Shown one piece after another: positions 11,703 to 24,080 of a DNA stretch of 62,441 bases. Position 1 is the stretch's first letter. Every line of letters begins with the position of its first letter. The stretch comes from Octopus bimaculoides (Eukaryota): assembly GCF_001194135.2 (NCBI RefSeq), contig NC_068990.1, forward strand, positions 18,124,637-18,187,077, read 5' to 3'. Both the position numbers and the translations under genes were made by a program. Below the pieces are notes generated by a model. That model was not told the DNA's origin and did not search any database. It was given only the letters and a program-made list of their open reading frames with translations.

Positions 11703-11975
11703 GAGAGATAGAAAGAGAGAAACGAGGAAAAGAGAGATTGAGGGGCCGAGAGAAGAAAGCTGGTGTGATGGAGTGAAGGGAAGTAAAGAGATAGTGAAAG
11801 AGAGAGTTTCTATATATTTAGAGAGAAGAAATAAAGAGAGAAACAGGGAAACGAAGAAAAGACGGTGTGATGAAGAAAGACGGTGATGAAGGAAGATGGC
11901 GTGATGGAATGAAATAAAGAGATGGAGAAAGAGAGAAAGAGAAAAGAGACAGAGAGAGAGACAGAGAGAAAAGAA
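11492..11975. repeat. (TA)n, (GA)n, (GATA)n and a GA-rich minisatellite with recurring AAGACGGTGTGATG
   Basis: Direct; motif variants near 11543, 11756, 11859, 11877, 11894. Confidence 0.85.
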
Positions 11976-12536
11976 GTTATGGCCGTCTGGTGCGCAAACT
12001 CCTGAAAAGAAGTAAAAAAATAAATATATGCCTAACTGTCACTACGGAAAGGCTGTTAAACTAGGAGTAACGAAATTTGAACCTATCGACAAGAATCAAT
12101 AATCTCGTGAGTCAAAAGCAAAACATAGACACAATTATAACTTTCTAATTTCGTCTAATGATAGTTTTCAGTAAATGACAGAAAATGCACAAAGACACTT
12201 ATCCAGTTTTTCCTAAGAGACGGGTATTTCCAAGGCAGTGGAAGATTTGGAACTTCTTTTCAAATTATTGTAATACCATGTGCAGTTTAATACGACACAC
12301 TGTTTGCGTTTCGTGTTTTTTTCTCTTCTATATATTACAGTTGGTATTTCTTTAAATGTGTTGCGTTTCACTCCGGAGTTATTTACATAGTGAGTTTTTC
12401 GATCGAAAATCGCAGTAATTTTAGAAATTTCGTAAAATCGATGTGTGTTTATTTGCAATGCCCAATTTACGATAGAATGTTTACACTTCATACATTCGCG
12501 ACCGATTCTTCCTGTTTAATATGTTTTACTTGGAAA

Positions 12537-12700
12537 GGCGGCGAACTAGCTGAAACGTTAGCACGCCGGGCGAAAGGCTTAGCAGTATTTCCTCTGTTTG
12601 CGTTCTGAGCTCAAATTTCGCCGAGGTCGACCTAATCGACTGGCTCCCTTCACCCAAATTTTTCGGGCCTTGTTCCTTGAGTAGAAAGAGATTATATTTC
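12537..12700 (+). mobile_element. SINE family S3 (head GGCGGCGAGCTGGCAGAA..TTAGCACGCCGGGCGAAA), internally deleted
   Basis: Homologous to 50060-50272. Confidence 0.8.
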
Positions 12701-12791
12701 AATTTATATTTCTTCAAATGTATTCTTTATCATCCAGGAAAACGTTCAGAGCTTTTTTTTGGTGATAGAAATCGCAGCTTTTTAGAAATTT

Positions 12792-13094
12792 CTTATTGGA
12801 TGGTTGTGAAATTCCTCACTTTCACTTCGGCTTCCAAATGGGAGTTGTCAAGGTGCGTCTCGGTAAGAATGAAGAAAGGGATGTGGTGTGGATGGGGTTA
12901 CCAACCTAGTCCTCAATGAATTGGATCTTCCATTTTTGTGCACTGATGGAGGGACTGACACCTTGTGCATTGAGTAGAAACGTGGAGGCTAGTGTAGTGG
13001 CAGGTTTTGACTGTTGCAGGGGCTTTTTTTCTGATTGTGTGTTAGTGGCAGCAATGTGGGGAGTTGGTGCACTGGGGTAATCACTCAATACCAT
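12792..13094 (-). mobile_element. LINE APE-endonuclease N-terminal fragment, inverted relative to the adjacent RT
   Basis: LLNAQGVSPS..KWKIQFIED, then after a stop and frameshift HIPFFILTETHLDNSHLEAEVKVRNF (APE motifs xNxxG and TETxL). Confidence 0.7.
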
Positions 13095-13097
13095 CCT

Positions 13098-14560
13098 ATG
13101 CTATTACTCTCCAAGACAATACCAAAACCATGAGTGAGATACTGCAGAAGCAGTACTGCTCTGTTTTTAGCAATCCTGATAGGGCCAATCTCGACTATAT
13201 CAGTGATGTTAATCCTTAACACACTATATCGGACATAACGTTTGGCGCCCTTGATTTCTTAACGGCAATAAACGAAATTAAACACGATTCAGCAGTAGAC
13301 CCTGATAGGTTCTTTGTTTGAGTCCTGAAAGTGTTTCGTCACCAACTTGCATCTCCTCTTGCTACTCTGTGGAGGAACTCACTGGATACTGGTTATATTC
13401 CTGAAAACCTTCTGTCCCAGTCTGTTGTCCCAGTTTTCAAAAAGGGAAACAAGTCCCTTGCAGTGAACTACCAGCCGATCTCACTCACCTCTTATTTGAG
13501 AGGGTGGTGATAACCCACTTTCTTGAAAGCAACAGACTGCTCAACCTCAACCAACACGGGTTCCGTAATTGAAGGAACTGCCTAACGCAGCTCCTGCATC
13601 ACCCTGATGAAATTTTGAGAGCTTTGAGAGAGGGCTCGAATACCTTGATGTCATCTACCTTGATTTCAGCAAGGCCTTTGACAGGGTGGATCATAAGATC
13701 CACTTGAAAAAATAATCCAACACTGGTGTCTCTGGAAAGTTACAACAATTTATCAAGTGTTTCCTGGCAGGTAGAACCCAACACGTTGTAGACGAAGGAG
13801 TAAAATTAAGCCCAGCCAAAGTTAGTAGTGGTGTTCCACAAGGAATTGTGTTGGGCCCACTTCTTTTCATCATCTATATCAATGACGTTACTGACATCAT
13901 CAAGCACAGTAACATAAGACTCTTTGCAGATGATTCCAAGATACAGAATGTCATCAATAAAGTGGGTGACCGGGTATGCCTTCAGTCAGATCTACTGGCT
14001 GTCATCCAATGGCCAGAAAAGAATAATATGCTGCTAAACGAAGAAAAATTTGAGTTAATCCACTTCAGAAAAGAGGATATCCTGAAACTCCCATATTCCC
14101 TTCCTTCAGGTGAAACTCTCTTGGCATCCAGCATCCGAGACTTGGGAGTTATTGTGGATAACAACATAAGCTGGGCCGCTCATATAAACAGCTAAGCTGA
14201 CATGGCCCACAGAATGTATTCCTGGATTCTCAGAACTTTCCAGTCGAGAGATATCCACACCATTATCTTTCTCTTCTCTACTTTTGACCGATTCCACCTT
14301 GAATACTGTTGTCCACTGTGGTCTCTCCACACGAAACAAAGCATCATGAAAATTGAAGCACCTCAAAAGTCAATTACAAAAAAAAAAAAAAATAGATGGC
14401 ATGACAGGCTACATCATCTGCATGATGTGGAAAGTATTCCATCAGCATTGCCCAAATGATGTTGGCATCGCCTTTAAGATACACCCAAGACTTGGACCGC
14501 GTACTATCCGTCCACGACAAAAATCATACTCGCATCACATAAGAACATCCCCAGAAGGAT
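13098..14560 (+). mobile_element. CR1/L2-type LINE reverse transcriptase, defective
   Basis: MSEILQKQYCSVFS, FKKGNKSLAVNYQPISLTS, DVIYLDFSKAFDRVDH, SGVPQGIVLGPLLFIIYIND, LFADD, RDLGVIVD, LEYCCPLWS, with many frameshifts. Confidence 0.95.
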
Positions 14561-14571
14561 GAAATGCAAAG

Positions 14572-14665
14572 TCTACTTCGGCGGTATTTGAACCCACAAC
14601 ATAAAGTTGCAAGAAACGCCCCTAAGCATTTTCCGACACGGTGACTATTCTGCCAGCTTGCGGGA
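14572..14665 (-). mobile_element. SINE S3 5' fragment truncating the LINE
   Basis: Reverse complement of the S3 head. Confidence 0.65.
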
Positions 14666-14920
14666 TTAATGAGTAGATGTATTGAAAAAAAAACGGCCTT
14701 TCAATAAGTTCAAACGAATCGACACATAGACAAGTTACAGAACATACACTAGAAACTAATATTCGACGTATAGAGAAAATACGAAATAACACCCAATCTC
14801 CCATAAATCTCAGGTATAAATTCACGCAACCATCACTACCCCCCAAAAAATTAACAGTTATGTAAGCACGAACGCAATGATAATAACATAATTAAGCGGC
14901 AGAGACAGTATTAATACCGT

Positions 14921-15301
14921 GAGGTAATATCGATCCCCACTTAAACGTGAATGTTCTGTTAGAACAAGCTGTATTGCAGTAGATACCACGAGAGAAACTC
15001 TCATACTGGTTTCTGGTGCCAAAAATACTCTTGTTTATTTCGCTAACGAGAAGATAAATCTCAGCCATCTCCAGCCCATCGAGCGTCCATCATTGACAAG
15101 ACCAAAGAAGGTCGAATTCAGGTGATCTAGTGGTCTCGACGCTGGAGATGGTGAGGATGTATCTCCCTGCTAGCGATATAAACAAGTGTGTATTTTACAA
15201 CAACAACAACAACCGAAATGAGAGTTTATTTTATGGTATCTAGCACAGTATACACAGTTCCAACAGAACATACACGTTTAAGTGGGAATATATATTACCT
15301 C
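14921..15301. mobile_element. Fold-back MITE, about 150-bp imperfect arms
   Basis: GAGGTAATAT..CCCACTTAAACGTG..GCCATCTCCAGC versus GCTGGAGATGG..CACGTTTAAGTGGG..ATATTACCTC. Confidence 0.75.
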
Positions 15302-16223
15302 TTACAATAATATTACGGATGCAATATGATAATCCCGTTTTTGTTTTTTTCTGAAAGGGTTTATCTGTATCGATTTCTAATAACCAATCATAACAGTTTT
15401 GTGTCTGCTTCTTTATTGAGTAATCTCATTTTATTATTGTAAGCTGTATTTTGATTCGCTAGTGTTGTTTATTGGATTATCTTTTACGCATTGGCTGGCT
15501 CAGTGGTTGTTCTGTATCAGAATTTTGTTTATGCGATTAGCCTGTATTGCTATAAAGTATTTCGTCTGTAGATATCTTTATATCTGAAATCATTAAATAT
15601 GATTTTAGTTGTTATACTTTTAGGTTCTTGTGTTGTCTATAATTCCAGTTTGTATCTGATGTCGCAAAATAAGATTTTAATATATTTGTTTGTTGTCATT
15701 TGATTTACTGGTGAGGAAATAGAAGTGATGACATACTGTTGCTTCCTCTGCAGGAGGAAATAACAGTGGTGACACAGCAATGCTAACGTCAGTGGTACAA
15801 CAAAGCAAATTTGTCATGGAAAAGAAAGTCGAAAGCTATCATCTAATAAGCAACCCCCAAGGCAGAAAATATGAAAAATATCTTTAGCGACGTCAGATAT
15901 TAATTACGAAATTATGAAGTAACAAAACCACAAATGCAAAATAGAATATAAACTAGCAAATTATGTCAAAAACATTTCTAACGATCCCAGAAATATAATA
16001 GCAATTTACGAATTAGACAGAACGAAAACTTGAAAACAGCACAACATAAAATTATATTAAAAAATATATTTAGCAACTTGAGATATAATATAACTTTGGT
16101 AAACAGGATATAAATGACGTAACGCACAGAGAATCAAAACAACTATTGAGCCAATCCATGAATAAGCGATAAACAAACAAGCAATTTTAGCGAACAAGTA
16201 AAATATAACAAATTTAAAAAACA

Positions 16224-16260
<37 letters not shown>

Positions 16261-16611
16261 TTGAGAATACGTAATAAGGCAGACAGACAGAATCTAATAC
16301 TGTCTTGATCACCGGGTGTATATATACAGTTAAACATTTACAGAAAACATTATGAACATCTGAAGAATGATATATAGATATACAGATAGACTATAAGCAA
16401 AGCCTACCCACGAAAAAGGGAGAGCTGCCGAGGAATATACCAAAATATTTTAGCAACTTCAGATACAAAATAACGACCTATGATAAATAGAAAGTGAAAA
16501 GTCTAGAATAGACGCGCGCGCGCGCGCGCACACACACACACACATTTATATATTTATTTATATACTGGCATAAACCTATACATATATACATATACATATA
16601 TATACACACAG

Positions 16612-16646
<35 letters not shown>

Positions 16647-16652
16647 CATATA

Positions 16653-16857
16653 CTATAATTATAAACATAATTATAATTAGGGGGCAGCTAATTGCTTCGC
16701 CATATACCGAATTTAGAAATAGGAGTTAAAAATTCCTTTTCTACTACTGTAAGATTCTTATAGTAGTAGAAAAGGAATTTTTAACTCCTATTTCTAAATT
16801 CGGTATTTGGTGAAGCAATTAGTTGACCCCTAATTATAATTATGCTTATAATTATAG
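16653..16857. mobile_element. Palindromic MITE, 102-bp arms, 1-nt centre
   Basis: 96/102 arm positions complementary. Confidence 0.85.
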
Positions 16858-16974
16858 AATATTTGTATAATTTTACCTATAAAGGTTATTTTAACGTACC
16901 GAGCTACTTGGTAAAATTATTAATTGATTGATTAATTAATTAATTTTACCCTTTTATTATATATATATATAAAA

Positions 16975-17460
16975 AGGAATAAAAAAATGGGACAAGAACG
17001 CAAAACATCCAGACAGCTAGATGATACAAAAAGGTGACAACAGAACATCCAGATTGATGATACAAAAGAGGAACAAGAAAAAAACACGGACGGGTCATTC
17101 AAAGTTTTCTTTCCTCAGTCGAGTTCCAAATTATCTTTGCAATTTCGGCTGGTTGTACTCGAGATTGCTCCAATCTGGCCAGTCCCAAGGAAAACCTAAG
17201 CTAAGAGCATTAGATTCCTTGGAAGAAAGCAGCGAATGTATGCGAAAACTAAGACGGAAAGAAAACGGAGAAATGGTACGCAAATACAAATGCAAATAAC
17301 AGGACATAACAACAGGTGTGCGGAAGTGAAGCCTTACGATATAGTGAAAAGCATTAATGAAGGCAACCACTGCAAAAATAGAATGGCCTGGAAATTGGCA
17401 AATGGAACGACGATTATGTTTGACAACATACTAACAAAACATCATTTGAAATGGTAGCTA
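16975..17460 (-). mobile_element. Probable Penelope-like pLTR remnant with a decayed hammerhead-like motif
   Basis: Minus strand ..GACTGG..AGATTG GAG CAATCT..CCAGCC-GAAA-TTGCAA; ends at a (TA)n tract. Confidence 0.35.
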
Positions 17461-17864
17461 TAAATACGATTAATTAAGTACCAAAGCAGCTCTGATACAA
17501 AAAGGAAGAAAACAATTCTCACTGAGAATAATGTTTATCATAATTAGAATTATAATAATTATAATAATATATATTTTTTATCTGAAGAGTTTCTACTAGG
17601 AAATTCTTTACAAGTTTATCTAACATATAAATCTTTGTGAATCCTATTAGCAAATGAAACACGCGTGATGGAGAATAAATAATATCATTTTCCTATTTAT
17701 TATGAATTATCTCGACAAATAGTTTTTCCATAATTCTCAATTCTAATACGTATTTTGACTTATACAACACCAACTATGCATATATATTGATTGTAATATT
17801 GGAATTATCAGATGTGCTTCAAGAGAAAATAGCTGGGATTTACCTAACTTACATATATATGTTC

Positions 17865-18006
17865 CTCTGTGTGTATATGTATGTGTGTGTTTCTGTGTGT
17901 GCGTACGTATGTCTGTGTGTATGTGTGTGTGACTGTGTGTATGTGTGCATGTATGTATGTATGTATGTATGTATGTATGTATGTATGTATGTATGTATCT
18001 ATTTGT

Positions 18007-18068
<62 letters not shown>

Positions 18069-18070
18069 GT
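17865..18070. repeat. (GT)n/(ATGT)n/(TATC)n compound microsatellite
   Basis: Direct sequence. Confidence 0.95.
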
Positions 18071-19020
18071 ATAAAAGTTTCATGCAAATAGACGTAAGAA
18101 GTGATTCAGTTCATTATTTGTGCGAAATATTTAATCAGTGGGATCGCACAATCACTGAACAAGTCGTTGGGGGATATGTTTTCATAACTATATGAATCAA
18201 ATACAAGGTACGGATGGGCCTCAAATTTACACTGCATTGAATTATAATACATGCACGGCAAGCTATCTTACAAGCCATCTAAATTTTCTATTTTTCCTGG
18301 ATATTTACGCCGTCATCTGCTATTAGCCTAGAAACAGTCATTTAACCACGCAAATATTTAGTTTTACCATAACGCATTTTCTATATAAATTAACCAGAAA
18401 CCTACAAAGGAACGTAACAACTATTTTATATATCAATCAGAAATAACTGTCTTAAGAATGATAGTGACAATACGTTCCGAGTTTTCTACTGTTCGAATAA
18501 AATTTCGGTCGCTTTATAGTAGAGAGACGCACATGAACCTAGGATAGACATCAATAGGAAAATGATGTAAGAATTTTTACCGTTTGATCGTTTCATTCTT
18601 ATTTGTTGAAATCTTTTGAGGAAACAGTGAAAAATCAATAGCTTTTNNNNNNNNNNNNNNNNNNNNNNNNNNNNNNNNNNNNNNNNNNNNNNNNNNNNNN
18701 NNNNNNNNNNNNNNNNNNNNNNNNNNNNNNNNNNNNNNNNNNNNNNNNNNNNNNNNNNNNNNNNNNNNNNNNNNNNNNNNNNNNNNNNNNNNNNNNNNNN
18801 NNNNNNNNNNNNNNNNNNNNNNNNNNNNNNNNNNNNNNNNNNNNNNNNNNNNNNNNNNNNNNNNNNNNNNNNNNNNNNNNNNNNNNNNNNNNNNNNNNNN
18901 NNNNNNNNNNNNNNNNNNNNNNNNNNNNNNNNNNNNNNNNNNNNNNNNNNNNNNNNNNNNNNNNNNNNNNNNNNNNNNNNNNNNNNNNNNNNNNNNNCAC
19001 ACACACACACACACACACAC

Positions 19021-19170
19021 GACGTGGTATCAAAAGGTTCCCTGACTAGTTCTGTAGCGCGCCAACAGATGACAGCATACGCTTGCGTGCGCAGTGGGAG
19101 CTAGCAGTGGCCTTCATGAGGCAATGTGCCGAGTGACATCACTGTGTTTACTTCGCAAGTTCTGACTACA
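19021..19170 (+). mobile_element. Mariner-type 5' terminal fragment
   Basis: CGTGGTATCAAAAGGTTCC terminus; TGGGAGCTAGCAG motif shared with the 5' region of the 43255-43850 mariner. Confidence 0.5.
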
Positions 19171-19204
19171 GCATACATGTGATTTTTATGATATATAATG
19201 TCAA

Positions 19205-19770
19205 TGTCTTTATGTGTGTTCGTGTGTTACTTATACATTCGAAAACTACTGCACCGATCCTAATGAAATTTGGAACACAAAATCCAAGCCTAAGGAGAAG
19301 GGTAATGCTGTGTGCTTCATACCATTTCATGGATCAAAATTACTGAATGGATTTTTCTGATATTTAGAACTTAGATTCAATGCATAAGGGCGGGTATAAT
19401 GCAGTATGTTTGGTTTGAATTTGAGATGGCATAAATTTTCAATGTTGATGAAATTTCAACCATGGGTAATTGACAAACATCAAGAAGTATTCTCAAAGTT
19501 TCCACTTCTCATGAGGATTCTAACACTCCCTAATGGGGGGGCCCTATCTCCCAAATTTTAGTCATTTTTTATGATCCAAAACTATGGCAAAAGTACTGAA
19601 TGGATCTTTATGAAATTTGGAAATTATATTCTATGCATAAGGGCCATAACCCCCATGAAAATTGATATGTTTTTGCTGTTGATGAAATTTGAACCATACA
19701 CAAATGAAGTAATATTTCTAAAATTTCATCTTCTTAAAAGTTACAAAGACCCCATCATGGGGATTTAACA
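19205..19770 (+). mobile_element. Helentron-associated (HINE/DINE-1-like) non-autonomous element with internal repeats
   Basis: Three variants of AAAACTACTG(C/A)A(C/T)(C/G)GAT..ATGAAATTTGG near 19236, 19337 and 19590, beside GT-rich microsatellite. Confidence 0.55.
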
Positions 19771-19784
19771 CCCACGATTTATAT

Positions 19785-19915
19785 ACATGTGTGTGCCTGC
19801 GTGTGTATTTGTGTGTGTTTGGTCTGTGTGTGTGTGTGTGTATGTGTTTGGTCTGTGTGTGTGTGTGTGTTTGGTCTGTGTGTGTGTGTCTGTGTTTGGT
19901 CTGTGTGTGTGTCTG
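19785..19915. repeat. (GT)n interrupted periodically by TTTGGTCT (4 units)
   Basis: Direct sequence. Confidence 0.85.
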
Positions 19916-19924
19916 TTCCCAGCA

Positions 19925-20106
19925 TCACTTGTCAAGCAGTGCTTGTGTATTTCCTTCCCTATAACGTAGCAGTTCGGCAGAAAAAAACTGATAGCATAAG
20001 TACGGACGTCGATTCATTTGACTAAAAGTACTTGAAGGCGTGCCCCAGCTTGGCCATAATCTAATTACTGAAAAAAGTAAAGGATAAAAGATAAAAGATA
20101 AAAGAT
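19925..20106 (+). mobile_element. SINE S1 3' half with (AAAGAT)n tail
   Basis: Homology to the 3' half of 1024-1373. Confidence 0.75.
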
Positions 20107-20409
20107 AACACACACGCACAACACACACACAAACACACACACACGCACACACACACACACGCACACAAGCACACACACATTCTATATATTCGTTATTAGC
20201 CATATATGCAGCCTTTGTAACAAAATTAATTAGCACTACCAAGCTAACCTGAATGTATTGTTTATAACATCATAGGCAGCGGTAAACTCTCCAAAACATC
20301 ATTTGGTGTAGACCACAAAAGCTAAAAAGGATCGTAATTTTATCAGTTAACTAATTCTAGTCAGCACCGGCGTATGACACTTTCTTATCATGTGATTTCA
20401 CCGCATTGC

Positions 20410-20520
20410 GGCAGGAAGCCGAGCGTCCAATGTCAGACTGAAAATCAGTCAAAATGATACAGAATAATACTGGCGGGCTGTATATAAAATTAGCTATTAG
20501 CGACACAAGCATGCTTTGCC
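20410..20520 (+). promoter_or_regulatory. Possible Pol II core promoter (ETS, CCAAT, GC box, TATA, Inr-like)
   Basis: CAGGAAG 20412, CCAAT 20427, GGCGGG 20472, TATATAAA 20481, C/A at 20510-20511; motif-only evidence. Confidence 0.2.
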
Positions 20521-20676
20521 ACAGATATTAATTAGCACATCCATGCTAAACCCTACGAACTAGGAAATGGCAACCAATATTCGCACGCAGGAAACGTTTA
20601 CCACAGTCTACCGCGTTATGAATAATACATGTGGGTTATCTTGGCTGTACTAATTAATACACACATATATATGTGC

Positions 20677-20718
<42 letters not shown>

Positions 20719-21016
20719 NNNNNNNNNNNNNNNNNNNNNNNNNNNNNNNNNNNNNNNNNNNNNNNNNNNNNNNNNNNNNNNNNNNNNNNNNNNNNNNNNN
20801 NNNNNNNNNNNNNNNNNNNNNNNNNNNNNNNNNNNNNNNNNNNNNNNNNNNNNNNNNNNNNNNNNNNNNNNNNNNNNNNNNNNNNNNNNNNNNNNNNNNN
20901 NNNNNNNNNNNNNNNNNNNNNNNNNNNNNNNNNNNNNNNNNNNNNNNNNNNNNNNNNNNNNNNNNNNNNNNNNNNNNNNNNNNNNNNNNNNNNNNNNNNN
21001 NNNNNNNNNNNNNNNN

Positions 21017-21172
21017 GGGCCAGCTTTGTCACGCTGAATCTCACCGAGAACTACGTTAAGGGTACACGTGTCTGTGGAGTGCTCAACCACTTGCACGTTA
21101 ATTTGACGAGCAGGCTAATCCGTTGATTGGATCAACTGGAACCCTTGTCGTCGTAATTGACGGAGTACCGTA
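21017..21172 (+). mobile_element. SINE S2 tail X (head lost in the gap)
   Basis: High similarity to 5475-5641. Confidence 0.85.
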
Positions 21173-21183
21173 GTAATATATGT

Positions 21184-21227
<44 letters not shown>

Positions 21228-22020
21228 NNNNNNNNNNNNNNNNNNNNNNNNNNNNNNNNNNNNNNNNNNNNNNNNNNNNNNNNNNNNNNNNNNNNNNNNN
21301 NNNNNNNNNNNNNNNNNNNNNNNNNNNNNNNNNNNNNNNNNNNNNNNNNNNNNNNNNNNNNNNNNNNNNNNNNNNNNNNNNNNNNNNNNNNNNNNNNNNN
21401 NNNNNNNNNNNNNNNNNNNNNNNNNNNNNNNNNNNNNNNNNNNNNNNNNNNNNNNNNNNNNNNNNNNNNNNNNNNNNNNNNNNNNNNNNNNNNNNNNNNN
21501 NNNNNNNNNNNNNNNNNNTATATATATATATATATATCAATAAACGAACTGATACCGCTTCACAGTTTTAAGCCAGCATATAGGTTTTACTCTCTTTCTC
21601 ACTGTCTCTCTCTGTCTCCTGTATCTTTCTCTGTCTTTCTCTCTCTATGTCTCGTCCTCTCGTTGTCTCACTCACAACTTCTCTCTTTTTCACGTCTCGT
21701 AATATCAATCAATCTACTTATTAAGCAAATTTCTGATGTTCGATACATTTTTCTCAACGACGACATTTCGGCTTCCCACATGAATTCCAAAATAATCGCT
21801 GTGTCAAGTAAGTCACGCGTCTTGCTTCATTCACTCTTAACTTTGGAGAAAAAAAAATGCAGCGAAATTGAAAAATTAATCAAAAGATCTATCTCTATCA
21901 TTGAGTAATGAAGCCAACACAAGTCTATGAGATACGACCTGACATCAAAGACTTGTTTCAATGCAGCTTTATTTTGCTCAAGTACAATCTAGTCGTCTCA
22001 ACTGTTTTCACTTTAAAATC

Positions 22021-22088
<68 letters not shown>

Positions 22089-22125
22089 TTTTTTCTTTCT
22101 TCCTTTCTTTCTTTCTTTCTTTTTT

Positions 22126-22181
<56 letters not shown>

Positions 22182-22195
22182 TCCTTCTCTCTTTC
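22021..22195. repeat. (TTTC)n microsatellite
   Basis: Direct sequence. Confidence 0.95.
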
Positions 22196-23855
22196 TCTTC
22201 CGTTTGTCTGTTTGTTTCTTTCTTTACTCTTTCCTCCTGACTCACCCACATAGGTTTAATATCAATATTTTTTCCAATCTCCACCACATATCGTGATTAA
22301 CCGTACTTTGTTCGGTTTTCTGTTGCATCCTGTTTATTTCTGGCGGTTAATCATACCGGTCACCATTAAAAATATCATCATCAAAAACGACAATAATAAC
22401 ATAAATGTTAGTAATAACTATAACATTTCTACGAAATGAAATTGGTAGAAAATATTTCACAGAATTCACAAAACCGAAATTTGTAAGACTAACATATGAT
22501 ATTGTGTATATTTAAATACGATTCGTGAAGAAAAATATCAATGAGAAAGGCATCAATAGACAATTGATGAAAACATTTATATCGTTTGATTCTTCTACTT
22601 CTTTCTTCACGGCTTCTGAATGGCAACAAAAATATATAGTAGGTCAGTTGTATATATATTCGTTCATTACAATGCCATGTATAATATAGAGGGGCGTAGA
22701 AGGGAGAAAAGAAGATGGAGGTATCAGGAGGTGAAAGAGAAAGACATGAATAGAGGAAATAAGATGAGTAAAGGATAGAGGGTATTTGTATGGTAGACAC
22801 ATACTGTGATTGTACTTTGTGAGCAGAAGGGATAAAGAGTGAAATGAAATAAGAGGAAATTACAACGCCCATAACAATAATACTGAATTTTCAATGGCAA
22901 ATCCACATATATCTAATTACATACCGTCAGCCTGCTTAATTCCCTGATTTAAGCTGAAGCAGAAATGTGGAATTGAATAACATTTTATTCTCATGCAATT
23001 ATAAACATAATTCCTCCAGTGGGGTGTAAGAAAGAATATTTTATGCAATACACCATTGCTCTATCAACGAGGAGAGATTTATCCTGTATCAGTCTAACAC
23101 TTGAGAAAGCAGAGATTAATGTCAGCTCAATGGCTTGGTGTGATTTCAAAAATTACTTCTTTTAATGACATGTTCAGCGGAGGAAGGACAGTGCTCAGGA
23201 TTATTCATGGGGTCAACGAAACTGGTAGGTGGAAATGGAAGAAGAAATCATGATTCTTGAGTCTGCTGCAAAAGGAAGTAGCATATAAAGATAAGGAGTT
23301 ATCTCCTGACCGGAAACCTGGCTCGAATACTTGTAATAGAGAGACCGATGTTTATGATACGAAGCAGTAAACAGTGGTGTTAAAACGGGCGACGGATTAG
23401 GTCTACCACTCATTTTGCTAAAATTTAGCTTCACATCACAAATTTTCCAATAAAGGTAGGAAGGGTTGTATTATAAATATTAAATATTTCCACTGTGCGT
23501 GACACACAAACACACTTCATTTAATTTTCTTTTCGTCTTTCACTGCATCTCGAAAGACGAATGTATTTGTGAAAAACAATTATATTCTTTAAAAGATTGC
23601 AGTTGCAGCATTCTTCTGAAGGATGAAGAATTATCTAGAAGGTTGAAATTTTATTATTTTTTTATCCCTTTTCTTTTTCATTTTGAATATTCTGATATGA
23701 ATGATAAGATCTCTGATTGATTGATTTCTATTGCTTTCGGCTTCCATCTTGAATCAAAATGTTTTGGCTTGTTCAGAAGTGGCTTCTGTTAATCTTTAGC
23801 AAGCAATATATTCAAATGGAATTCTACTTAAAAGAAGCGACACCACATTATTTCC

Positions 23856-24080
<225 letters not shown>

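Noticed and set aside
15310-15660. Possible R4-type RT C-terminal remnant (FIAIQ) on the minus strand
   Set aside because: Single weak motif; the expected CCHC series was not found.
21726-21807. Candidate exon ending AA|GTAAGT
   Set aside because: Weak AAG acceptor and no recognisable peptide.
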